This document shows, one piece after another, positions 15,084 to 27,671 of a stretch of 64,000 bases of DNA. The notes under the pieces are model-generated. The model searched no databases. It was not told the DNA's origin and was given only the letters and a program-made list of their open reading frames with translations. How positions within the stretch are numbered: the stretch's first letter is position 1; the number at the start of each line of letters is the position of its first letter. The position numbers and the translations under genes are program-made. The stretch is from positions 4,278,001 to 4,342,000 of the forward strand of contig NC_135253.1 of assembly GCF_964204865.1 (NCBI RefSeq), read 5' to 3'. The DNA comes from Styela clava (taxonomy: Eukaryota).

Positions 15084-17920
15084 TGAACAAGAAAAAGGAA
15101 ATGCAACGAGCCACAGCAGGTTTGTGCATAGCGCCACCATGCGACTACATGTTTCGCCGAAGCCCCTTCCGCGAACCCCATTTATAATATAAGATTTCAT
15201 TTGAAATTTATCGATGAGAATAGTCAATTTAATATAAGACAGTAGTCAAAAGATAACATCATATGCATTGAACTCCGAAAGAAATTGGAATTGCATTTAT
15301 TCGTCCAACAATATCACACACATCTGCTCCGCATTTATACATCATTCATCTGAATTTACAAATTCTTGTATGCTAGAAAATATATACGTACCATTAAAAA
15401 TAATGTTTTAGCCTACTTTAGTAACAAGCAAAATATGAATATATTATTTTAAAATATGTTCAACTCAAAGACATAATTTGCTAAGTGATATGCTAGTTTT
15501 ATGAATCAGACTGAGTTTGTCTGCACTTTTTATTAATTTACTTCTTTTTTAAAATTTTTAAAATGTAATTGGTTGACGTCTATAATCAAATGTTTTTGTT
15601 TTGTTAAACATCCCATAAGCAGATAGGGTCAAAGAATGGTGGAAATAATTAAGTTTCTAAGTGGCTATTACCGGCAAATTGCTACTCTTGCTATTAGTTG
15701 CTTGAGATTCTAGTATTAGCGGTCTATCCACTTTTATTTGAGGCCTCGCAAACTCCTAAAATACTATGTCACGCTTTCATTATTGGGTAGAAAAAATATA
15801 TTCACCAGAAGCTTCGATATCGTGAATCAACTCATTAAAAGGATAATTTCTAAACTACTTAACTAAATGACACCTCGTTTATTTCAACTTCACTGTGTAT
15901 TAACGTTATATTCCTATTATGAAGGCAAATATTGTTGTTGTTATCTGCTGTTTTTGTTGATGATTATGTAATGATCTTCTCTTCAGTTCCCGTTTTATTT
16001 ACAAAGATTTTCATTGTTTGTCATCAGTTTTTATATTCGAATTGTTTTCCGAATCTATCTCGCCACACCAACTGGAAATGTTGACTTCAATCAATATTAT
16101 GATGGCATAATACAATCAGGCTGAAGCAGAATGAATTCGACTTGCTAAACTAAATTTAAATAACGTAGAAATAACTTTGTAACCACGAATTTACCAAAGG
16201 AAATTGTTAACAGTCTTTGCAAAGCAAAATTTTATGTTCCAGTTAAGTAACGTAACTGATTCGTCAGCCAGCGCAGGAAATAGATATTGCATGATATATT
16301 ATTTCACTCTAATTTATAAAGTTCCATAATAATTTATGTAAGTTGAAATATGCGCATACAATGTTTATATTTAAATTTCGATTTGTATCTGTGAAACTGT
16401 GAAAGTTTATAACTCAATTCACTGCCTTTTCGAATAATTTTTATTCCAGTTTCTCTTCTTACTTTCCATAACGAATGAACAGTCGAGTATTTAATGCAAC
16501 CACAATTGCATTTAAAGTCGATCAAACCGTGTCTATATAATGCGCAATACAGCGCATTGCAAAATATAAATCAAATTATGACACCGAATGCTGTAAACAC
16601 ACTTCAATCATTTAGGGTTCCATCTCCAGATAATTTATATTATCCGATGATCGTATCTTGACGAACTGCTCAACTCCGGGAAATTGTACAAACTATATTA
16701 AAAGTTTGTCGAGGTATCAGTAACCTGAACTAAAACAAATGTATATACTGCATATAGGCTAGTTATAATTTATTTTCTTTTTATTTGTTTTTTATCACTG
16801 TTTTTTTCTTCACTGGTTGTGACGAAGCATCATTATACTATAATGGCTAAATATTAAAGATAGACTTCAATTTCAATACTATTTGCTTTTCTACATCAAA
16901 AAGTATTCATAGAACAGGGGGAGAAGATGAGGGCCGTGAACAACACATCAAACCGCGGTCTCTCGTCTGCTGGTGGTATCAGAATAGCTAACTACTTTAA
17001 CGTTCCAGAGGCACGTATTTTGTTACATTAGGCCTTCAGTTCGTTCAACACTGAAGCATAGCGAGTATGTAGAAACTTGAGCCCGGGGTAAACAAATGAT
17101 TGCGTTGCTTCTGGTATTATTTCATTGAATACTTTCCCGACCAACATATTTCGTTTAATCCCATGAAACTGAAAGGCACTAAAGCGCGGGGGAATAAGTG
17201 ACTATTACGTCACAGTAAAGATGGGCAATGTAAAATCATAAAGCGTGAATAATTAATGGTGCTTAAAATGAGGGACTTAAGGTTCCATAAAATGCATGCA
17301 AACATTTCTTACACATGCTTCGGAATCCGGCGGCGCTCTGAGGTGGGTGGTACTGTTCACGATAACAGCAGTTGCTGAATGAACACCTTGTACTGACATT
17401 TAATTGCGGTAACAATAATTTCAAACAATGAGCTCCGCTTATCCATTCGAAATCGGTAGCAGGATACAAAGTTTGATATCCACCGCCTGGGATCGACGGT
17501 GAGGAAATGGACTGAGCTGCTTAGTGTCATATCAGTAGGAGAACAGACACCCTGGGCTGTTTATTAAATATTGGCTCTAATTATTTTCATAATATTAACA
17601 ATGGGATGATTATTTATTTGCTATGGCAGCGGCTCCCAAATATTTTGTTTGTGCGGTGCCACATCATCAGGAAAAAAACTCACGGCGCTCTCACACGAAA
17701 ATAAATTGTTGTCTTGAAATTGAGTATAACTCAATTTTGTGACCGTTTATGTGTATCTCATTCTTTTTAAAATTGTAAAACGCGTGGGCCTAAAGAATAA
17801 AGGCAATACAAACTCTTTTTCCTCATCTCTGCTTGATATTCCTTTGAAATACTAAAAATCCCTCATGTTCGCCTAACTCGGTCCAGCAGATAAAGAAACT
17901 GCAGAAAGTATCGCGAATTA

Positions 17921-17938
17921 AAGTGTCCGCGTTTATAT

Positions 17939-17983
<45 letters not shown>

Positions 17984-19990
17984 TATGTTTATAAACAGTT
18001 ATGTTGACCCTTGTTTAATGCCGGTTTGTCGGATCTGGACCACTCACTAAACGTGAGAGAAAAACTGTCTTTCGATCTCTTTCTTCTCCGGTCGCTGCGC
18101 TGGCGGCCGGTCGTGTTTTTAGTTCTCTAGTGATGCTTTGTTTAATCTGTTTGGCTGTTATATGCTTTGGAGTTGCCGTACAATAAACAACCGATCCGGA
18201 ATCCTTGAGTCTTCTGATCTACATCCACAGTAGCAATATCTTCGTCCGTGACAACGGCGAGCACGCCAGGATTTGATCAACAAAATCAGACGGTTTGGTT
18301 ATTCAACCCGCAGGTTAATATAGACATAGCTGATATACATATGTAATTTTTTATATTTCCGCGTGGCTCATATTTTACATTATTGTTTCATACTGCTATT
18401 TATTCAAGTAGCGTGTTGCATCATTGTGTTCGGCTTAAGTGGACCTGTTTTTGTCTAGAAAATTATTTTCAGTCTGGCGCACATAATCCTGGTAATTAAA
18501 AGGTAATTAGTCAGACTGTGGCAATGGCGAGCAGGCCATCATTTGGTCATAATGTTACTGTGACAATGGCGAGCACGCAGCGGATTTGGACAGTTTTGTT
18601 GACGGTTATTTCGAAGAACAGAAAAGGAAGCGAATTTCAGCATAGAAGAATCGTGTACAGGGAAACGACAACTCCAGATTTTCGGAGAGGAACAGCGAAA
18701 TGTCTGGGCAAGTTTGCGAGAAATTGAGCAGACCGGTCTTCATCCGGCGGAGGCAGTGGATCCTGGCCAGAAGTGGACATGATGTCGAAGTGGACATGAT
18801 GTCGACTTTCGGGTTGGTTTTTTCGTTCAATGTGTTTTTATTTTTGCAATGATCGACTGTGGAAATGAGGAGCCGGTGGTAATGGCTGACGGGAATATTT
18901 CATAGGCTGTTTTGGGCATGGACTTTTTTGTTGAGCACGACTGTACACCCATGTTCTGTGCAAGTGAACTCGATAAGGCGGACGAAAATGTCTAGTGGTG
19001 GAAAGACACAGTGTTCCAAGTTGCAGCAGAAATGGAAAATGAAATTGTCCTCCCTTGGTGTAGAACAATGTTTTTTTTTTAGGGAACTTTCGAGTAATGA
19101 TGGTGGCTCGATAATCAGGCGGTGGTTGAGGTTGGCTGGATTTTTGTGACCGGTTTTTAGAAATGGGATTGAGTGTATTGACTTCAGTAGTGGAGCCCTG
19201 AAGTGTTAGAATCCCATTGTGTGTGGTCAATATGAGCCAGCAACCGTTGCATATCGGAGCGGGAGCCCTGCGCGGAGGGGTAATTCCAGAAGGGAACATT
19301 TTCTCTTAATTGCTGAAATGACGAACGTGTAGATACAGAATGAAAATTATCTGAGGTATATTTTTGCTGGCTGCGTTTGAAGGCGACTTAACAAACTCGG
19401 AGAGATTGCGACTAATTGAATTTTTTGTGTTGAAGGGTTTGTCCCATTTCATTCGTGATAACTTTGATTTTCTTTCATTTATGCTGCCATGTTAGAACTT
19501 CTCTGGTGAATATTCCTCTAGTTTGAAGGGGGGTAGGGTACACAAATATTTGGTAATTTAATTAGTGAAGTTTCCTATTTAGAGCAGGAAGTTTTTTTTT
19601 AAATAAAACTTGTTGAGTTTCATTCTGAACAAGGAAGGGGCTCTGTCGCGGACTGAAGTGTCCGCGTTTATATTGTGTGTGTATATATATTTTCATGTTT
19701 ATAAATAGTTATGTTTACCCTTGTTTGAGGATGTCGGATCTGGACTCCGACCACCTACTACACGTGAGAGAAAAACTGTCTTTCGATCTGTCTTTTCGCC
19801 GGCCGACGGGCTGGAGGTCGGCCGTGTTTTCAGTCTTAGTGATGTAGTCATGACCTTGCAATACATGTGCTCCATTTATAACATCATAAAGATGCATTCT
19901 GGTGGCAATTTCACCGACGCGATCAATGCTACCCAACTTACCAGATCTTCATTGCAAGTTTCTAGTCTATTAGACTACGAAATTTAGTGA
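17921..19990 (-). mobile_element. Tandem retroelement-like relic (possible LINE ORF1-only element), one long and one truncated copy
   Basis: ~200-bp direct repeats at 17921-18126 and 19656-19836 containing (TG)n(TA)n. GC-richer interior with broken minus-strand reading frames (e.g. GRTISFSISAATWNTVSF...AYEIFPS). Family assignment is inference only. Confidence 0.4.
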
Positions 19991-20927
19991 GTTCGCCATC
20001 GCGAAATACATAGGCTTGATACTGTTTAGTATCATTTGTTATAGCATGTAGATAAACACTCTTCTTATCTAACAACTAATTATTGTGCCAATTTTCGCAG
20101 CCACTAATTGCAAGACGCAATCGGGCTTGTGCGTGACAGTGTGATGTCGCTTACCCTAACATTTGAGCGTAGATAGCAATTCTTCTTGAGATAGATTTTC
20201 GCCCCATCAAAACGCCATCTTGTAATCTCTGAGTTCGTCGCTATGTGATACTATCATCCAAACTGGCAATTAATTGTTATGCAGATCTTTGCTAACATCA
20301 CAAACATATTTTTATTTGTCATGTTTGCTGCGTAAATCGTTATTCTCCGCTATATGCAATTAACAACCGAAGTCGACTGGGTAATTTCACACGTGCAATA
20401 ATTATTCACAATAAATTCAATTACCCAAACCCTCGAGGCTATTTTGAACAGCACTTTGAAGATTTATTGCTTTCTGCATTTCACAGTTCGTAATATACCG
20501 CTTTGATGGAAAACTGGTCACATTTGATGAAAGACTCTCGAGTTACTGCAAGTGTACCTAATACGTGTGAAATGTTGCGTGATTAATCTTGCAAAGCAGA
20601 AGCGAAAGAGAGTTTTGGTATGAGTCTGAGACGTGGGAGCGAGCGGTAACATGATAAAGTATACTTGTATTTTGGGACTTAAAATAATAGATGAACATGT
20701 ACGAATCCTACCTACGGAAGGTTGCTTAAAGTGCAAAGAGTGTTGGTGAAGAATAGAGCAGTTTATTCTTGCTACAATGCTGACCTAATATAAATAAAAC
20801 AAGCTTAGTGGAAAACAAACAAATTTGTCGAAAAGAGAGACTTCGCAAGACTGATTTGAATCCGTTTGTATTTATTGAAACAGGTCAGGGAGATCAAGCC
20901 TAGCGAATGCATTGCCATTGTTTATTG

Positions 20928-21856
20928 TAGGGGTTCGCAACCTTTAATACAGGAGGGCCAGATACAAATGATTGGGTAAAACCGCGGGCCGCACCTTTAT
21001 TTATACCATAGGCTTTCTAGTAGTTGCAGGCATAAAAATTTAAATTATTTATCTTCTTTATTGATCTTATGGCATTATTTAAGATCCTCGCAGAAATAAT
21101 TAGTTAAGACACATAAACTTCTGAAAAACTGCTATTCAAATTTATTGTCACACCAACTTTAAACGAATTCAGTGAGAAATTTGCAGCTGACTTCTTTTAC
21201 CGACTACTTTTTCCAAATTTGCTCGAATGGAAGTGCTAGCTATTTGAAAGCTATTTTCGAAAAGTTCGTCTGTCAGAACCAATCGATAACGAGATTTCAT
21301 GACGCTCATTTTAGAAAACAATTGTTCGCACAAATATGTTGAGCAAATAAGTGTAATATTTGAAGCCATGATTTTATTCAAATGTAGAAACTTATGCTTT
21401 CGGTAAAAATCGCCAAGATTCATTTCCAAACACTTTGCTGTCAAATCTGACATATACATATTCTAGACTAGATTTAGAATCTGTATCTACTAATGGTAAA
21501 ATTCTTCAAACTTCTTCCTAATTGCCTAACCTTCAATCGCCCCTTCTTACTAATTTATTAGCGTAGGCTCCGCACTTTATTCAAATTGCTTGCTGCTCAG
21601 CAAGTGGCATTTGTGAATTGCGTTGTTCGCTTTGCGTAAGATAGCCGTCGGGGTAAGGTAAAATCATTGGCATAGATAATAAATTGGAACCAGGTATAGG
21701 CTTTTCGGTGCAAAGGGTTTGGAATTGTTCGCACGAACCAGATTGAACTGAATTAAAAACTCGTTTTGCGGGCCGCACACCATTCAAAATTGGCACTTCT
21801 TTTTGGGCCGCACAATTTTTCCTTGTGGGCCACATTCGGCCCGCGGGTCGATCGCC
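20928..21856 (-). mobile_element. Internally deleted hAT element (SPIN/GTF2IRD2-like transposase C-terminal remnant)
   Basis: ORF 21169-21459 contains ...CSTYLCEQLFSKMSVMKSRYRLVLTDE...QISH*, the hAT dimerisation-domain signature. Terminus TAGGGGTTCGCAACC and GCGGGCCGCA subterminal repeats at both ends. Confidence 0.85.
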
Positions 21857-22323
21857 TTTTTCATTTTTCGTTATATAATAGGCATGATGTTGTCACAGTA
21901 CACAAACCAACATTTCTCATTGACCATTTTGCTCATATAAATTCACGTTGCCTATAATGGTATATATATTCTTACTATTTTAAAGGCGTTTGTATTGGCA
22001 TTGGATGGTAGATAAGACGTCTTTATCATATGACACATATGTCGAACTAGTCACCATAGCCCAGGCTAAGCATGAGGATATACAGCCAGTTAATCGTTCC
22101 AGATGCACGGACCTTGATTATATAAACCACATTGCCAGAATTTCATCTAAAGATATTTACTAACACTAGACACGTGGAAGTTAAATGACAGAATCTAAAT
22201 TAACTAATCACTTGATCTAATAATCAAACCACCATACAATGAAAATATTCACCAATTACCTCTTTTTAAAGCACTCTTCCACCACAAGATAAAATGAATT
22301 TTTCCAACGCCTCATTTTTGAAG

Positions 22324-25300
22324 TGACGATACGATGAAGAATAGTTATCAATATATACACGATATTAATGGAAAAGTGCGGCGATGCAGCATGTGCGCAC
22401 CCGGCACAAAAGTCTTCCAAGTTTGCACTGAAGAAAGTGATACGCTGTGTCAGCCGTGTCCCGAAAATCAATTCATAGCATCATTCAACAATGTGACGAG
22501 GTAAGCTGATTGGGGACTATTGTGTTGGACGAGTGTGAATATTGGATGAAAATGTAGATGAGTGAGCTAACATAGCTAATAAGAGTGAAAAATTAACTAG
22601 CTAGTTAGAATGTAATTACAACAACTAAAACGATTATGTTTGAAGTTTCATATATCTATAATCTGCTATCTACCCATCCTATATTTGGAAATTGTCACAA
22701 AAAAGTTAAATAAAATTGTACACCTCAACAAATGGTAATAATCAGTCGTTTCTCTAAGACAAAAATCCAGGAGAAATCACCGACTTCCGTATAACCTGAA
22801 TTTCAAATGGGTGTATCAGTAATAGTCTTTGGAGAACTTGAAAGTTTCGCAATTTCTTAAATTTTAGATGTAATCCGTGTAGGCGGCCTTGCTCCCGATC
22901 TCTCAGATTTGAAACGGAGATGGACTGTGCTCCAAACCATGATAGAAGTTGCCGATGCATAAAAGGATTTCATGACCTTGAAAGCAGATTTTGTATTCGA
23001 CACAGCAAATGCAAACCTGGATTTGGGGTTGAAACTTTGGGTAAGTTTTGCGTTAGCGATAACTCAATAATTCTTTCAACTATTGGCCCACTATATTTCA
23101 AATTGTAAATAGATGAAAGAGTCTTAGACTAATTTTACAAATTTCAGTTTTTATTTTCTAGAATGAGTTGTTTTTTCCGACATCTGTTATAATTTCTAAA
23201 AATTTACGCCTAATACTCCACTACTTTTTCCACGATCGATTTTACTGAGCTAGTGCTCAACGAATGGCTTTTCAATGGTAACAGTATATTCATACCAGGG
23301 CTGTGGATTTGGAGTTTGACATTCTATTGAATGATGATTGCATACAGTAAACACCAATGATTTTATCGTCAAGATTTAATTTTCCTTAATTGAGTCCGGA
23401 GCTGGAGTCAGAGCCCAAACTGTTATGACTCGGAGTCGATTGTAAATTTTCCCGTCTTCACAGCCCTGGTTCATGCAGACATATTTGTGTCTTTGATTTT
23501 GTATCGAAAGGGATTAGTAATCCTAAGTTTTTCCTTCTATAACAAGGCAATGCGGCAATAGACACAGTATGCCATGCGTGCACAAGTGGCCGATTTTCGT
23601 CATTATTTTCTTCGTTCGAAAGGTGTCGTCCGAGAGTAGATTGTGCCAACGCCGGAAGAGCACTGAAGCAACGTGGAAGCAGTACACGCGATAATATTTG
23701 TGGTGAGCGGTATCAATAGAACTATTAAAAAGAAATTGTCAATATCTGGTACCATCTCAATTAATCATCTGTTACCTTGTTCTGCATTGTGAGGCTTCCA
23801 TGTAAATATTACTTTTGGTCAAGTATTACCAATTCAAAGACACATATCTTTTAATATATATCCCATTAGGCTTTTCTGTTCATAGGCTAGTAAATTCTTT
23901 GAATGTCAAGTACAAGAGCTACGTAAATCCAAAATTACAATCCCCAGTCGGAAATTTCACGATTCAAATCAGTTACTTTAATTTTATTCTAGGTTTGGCA
24001 AAATCTAATATCTCAAGCATATTACCAACTTTTATATCAGCGTCAACTTCGACTGTTGGAAGTACAATAATTTCAAGCAACCCGAACACTCACCACGGTA
24101 ATATTTATATAATAACATAGCAGGTAAAAGACAAAAATTAACTTCTTGAAGACGGTGAAGCGAATGTGGAACGTAACTATGGATTTTAATGTTATTTAAC
24201 TCCTTTGTGTTAATAGTAGGTGAATTAAATGAGTAGGTCAGTGCCCTGTTTTCCCTGATTATGATTTATCCCGGCAAGTCCTAGCAATGCTTCTTTGTTA
24301 TCACCGTTCTTTGTATTAAAATTGTGACGTGTTTCCGGCTTCCATTCGAGAGTTGAGTTTTGTTTTGTGTTGCTAACTGATTTGGATATTTCAATATATA
24401 TTGGATGCGATTCGATCGTGCAACTTTACAATATACGAACATTTGGTATTACAATACTTTGTGTGCTTAATGACCTCTGAGGAGTCAGTTGGGGTTTTAC
24501 TCCGCTAACTTGTGTATAATATTACGGGACACGCAGATAGGGATACTAACGTTCCCTATAATACCGGTTTATATTTTGCTGTTGAGAAATTGATTATGCG
24601 AAAAAGTATTACAATGACATATTTTGCAACACTTTTATTTGTTTTCTTCGTTTTTTTTTATTATTAACTAACCCCATATTAAAATACTATACATGTTCCC
24701 CCTAGCTATACGTCATTCATTTTTGATATATACTAACTGACAAATATCTTTTAAATATCTGCAGCTGAAGTAACTCATTCATGGTTATGGATTTCTCTAT
24801 TTGTTGTTGCTCTGGCAATTATGCTATCAATCATCATTGCAATCTGTATCTGCAAGTTTGGACAATGCAGTCCAATAAAAATGCTTCGAGCTCAACAGAG
24901 AGGAATTCTTGGTAATATTTTTTGCGATATATAAATGTTTGAATATGTATTTTTCCGTAGCGTAAATCTATCAACTTGGGAGGTACAAGAAAGCGATGCT
25001 GAAATATATGGACACGAAATAGTACAAATATGCAGTCAGTCACATCAGTAGCCTACCGGTACCACAGTGTACACGACTTCGGATCACAAGATCTCTAACA
25101 CGAAGGCGTCATCGCACACAAAAACCGTATTCCTTACGCAAAGCCCACAGACGTTTCCGAAATATATAAAAGTAATAGCCTTCTAGCAAAAAATACAATA
25201 TTTAAGCACCGAAAATGTCAAAGAAATTGGTTGAGTAATTAAAGAGAAAAGCGATTTTTTTCATACGGTAACAACAAGAAGAAAATGCTTGCAAAATTAT

Positions 25301-26436
25301 CAACAACATAATAACAAAACTATCCATATGTTCACTTCAGGTCCAATTACCCCGAGCTTCAAAAACGACTCTAATGAATATATTAATAATAAGGTGTTAT
25401 TTATATAATCAGTTTGTGATTAGAAACTCAACGTAGAAATTTTATAGAGTGCATTGGAAAAAGAAGTAATTACAAAGCTCTAATTTTGCTACTTCAAAAT
25501 CTCTTCAAACGAACTTTCTTTTGAAGAGTTTTGATATCAAGCAAACCTTCTTCTTCTCTTGTACAAAGTTAAATATGTGTTGATTGATCCTCAGATAGTT
25601 CAATCACTTCTAACAATTACAGTGAAACAGATAATCATGATTAGATTTTTAACTTTTTATTTATTTATTAGAGTTGGGCGAAATACCGCCTATTGCAGAA
25701 GAACTAAGCACCGACTGTACACAACGATCAAATCTGTCGGAATCAACTTTGCATTTAACCCTACAGGAAGACGTTCCACATGACAATGGAACAGCATGTA
25801 CAATTCGCTCATCAGCAAGTTTGCCTCGTACAACATCACAAGAAACAAACGAAGGTAATTGTTACATGAATCAAGTGCATGAGAGACTTTATTTCATCGT
25901 GATTATGAGTGACTGTTTTGTGACTTTGTTTCATCTTATTTTCTCATATGTTCTTATATTTTTTTTAAATTTCAGGAATAAATGACATGTTGCCATCACC
26001 AACTGTATCATATCATATCATGCAAAGGTTTGAAAACGACCTTCAGAAATTGATTAACGGCACCAACTCGGGTACACCACTATTTTTACCATTATGATAA
26101 AGGATCTGCAAGATTTTTGACAATTAATTATATTTTGACGTAATTGGATTTAAACAAATCTAAAAAACAGTGTACAAACTCGAGTTCCAAGAATATTATT
26201 CTAATAAGTATACATACCCATTTAGGGGGTCAATGTATAGAAAAACAAATTAGACATAAACCAAGGTGGATTGTAGTAACTCGATGATGCAATTTACCTC
26301 AAGTTTCGAAATTACTGATAAATGATACAATTTTGATGAGATTAATTAATATTTTAATTATTACATTTAATATTTACAGTCTCAGACTCTGTCGAATCTC
26401 TGCCCAGTTTTAACTTTTCTGCCGAACGACATTGAT
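22324..26436 (+). CDS. TNF receptor superfamily member (4 CRDs, Ser/Thr stalk, TM, cytoplasmic tail without visible death domain)
   Basis: Frame-compatible GT-AG exons 22324-22500, 22868-23040, 23547-23702, 23993-24097, 24765-24911 (TM WLWISLFVVALAIMLSIIIAICIC), 25672-25854, 25976-26071. CRD motifs CSMCAPG..C....DTLCQPC, CIRHSKCKPGFGV, DTVCHAC, RDNIC. The last exon is uncertain (26380-26436, or read-through to a stop at 26097). Candidate signal-peptide exon 20279-20331 (MQIFANITNIFLFVMFA, phase 2) is speculative. Confidence 0.88.
23296..23468. mobile_element. hAT-type MITE with GGAGTC subterminal repeats
   Basis: TIR CAGGGCTGTG/CACAGCCCTG; imperfect 8-bp flanks ATTCATAC/GTTCATGC. Related degenerate copies at ~11228-11345 and ~51885-51945. 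Confidence 0.65.
25120..25350 (-). repeat. Dispersed ~230-bp repeat family (possibly HINE/DINE-1-like)
   Basis: Shared blocks (AAATCGCTTTTCTCT, GGACCAATTGCTTTGAMATTTTCAGTGG, AGAAGGCTATTACTTTTAT, TTG-rich microsatellite) recur at ~37365-37530, ~49990-50214 and ~50634-50860. Superfamily is a guess. Confidence 0.6.
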
Positions 26437-26637
26437 TACACTGAAGTAATGGTTGAGGTAATGGACTATAAATTCACGGACGAAGAATTCAATTTATTTT
26501 GCAATTTATCATGATTTTGAACGATTCGTATTAATTTTCACATCCACTAGGTTAATAAATACCTCTTATAATTTATCTTTGTGTTGCAGACTCAGTGTGC
26601 AAATTTTCTTATTAAATGGTGTAATATTATGCTAAAG

Positions 26638-27117
26638 CAGTGGTATTGAACCTTTTTTTAAGTAGTGGGCAGTTAAAATTTCATAGCTAATTTTGCGGGC
26701 TGGTGAACCTTCAAAATCAACCCAAAATGTCAAAATCACAAAACATAATTGAACGAATGTAATTACGACGAAAGTATGCAATTCTAAAGCACACAACTTA
26801 ATGAAAAATTTGTTTCTGTCTTTTTGATATTATTCGTGTTAAACGCGGCACTAATTAACAAGATTTCTCTGTTTGGTCACGATGAGAGATAACGATGAAA
26901 AGCTTTTCTCACGCATGTAAGTTGTACAAAATATTTGCAGTAATTTAATGGCTTGGCCCCTGAGCTCGGGATATTCTTTTTCGAGTGATATCCGAAGTGT
27001 GACAATGGCATCCAGCTCTTCAGTGCTCGAAATGGGTGTAGGGCCTCTGACCAAGTTTGGCCTACTTATCAATAGAATTCGAAACTCGAAAAATAAATGG
27101 TCAGGTTGGAACCATCG
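26638..27117 (-). mobile_element. Buster-type hAT deletion derivative (ZBED5/FAM200-like transposase C-terminal remnant)
   Basis: ORF 26851-27177 contains EKEYPELRGQAIKLLQIFCTTYMREKSFSSL...KQRN. Ends CAGTGGTATTGAACC / GGTTGGAACCATCG. 8-bp nnnTAnnn flanks TGCTAAAG/TGATAAAA. Empty paralogous site at ~33318. Confidence 0.85.
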
Positions 27118-27671
27118 TGATAAAAGACCTACTCGAATAATGTAAATTGCATATACATAAACCATAACCACGTGCATTTGCTCATAGTCTTATAAATAAT
27201 CTTTTATAAATTAGGGTCAACCAAAATGCGCTATTGTAATTGCTTCTCATTTCATATTTTCGACGATATTGGTTTAGGCACGCGACTTCTTTATATTGCT
27301 ATTTTTTTACAAAATATGTCAACAATACAGACAGACCTTACCTAGAATCAAAAAGGTCAAAGATCAAAGAAGTCGATACATTGTAAAATGAATTGCGCTG
27401 ATGAAATCCGAACCTCCGCGACCTCCTTATATTTCTATTCTTCTTCAAACTATGTCAACATATTCAAAAAATATAATGCAATACATACCCTATCTAGAAT
27501 CAAATAGGTCAAAGATCAAAGAGGTCGATATACTGTAAAATGAATCGCGCTGATAAAGTCAAAACGAGTTTCAAAATCAATAACAACAAATACAAATGGT
27601 TACTTTATGAAAGTATTTTATTATACACACAAGATGCAGTATTGAAAGATTTTACTTGAGCGTTTACTTCA

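Noticed and set aside
18838-19299. 153-aa ORF as a host gene
   Set aside because: Lies inside the repeat-bounded element, crosses a homopolymer run, and looks like a shifted frame of a decayed element ORF.
21986-22163. Open frame/possible TNFR signal exon after TTTTAAAG
   Set aside because: AFVLALDG would end in phase 1, incompatible with the phase-2 CRD1 exon; the other frame is unrecognisable and ends in a stop.
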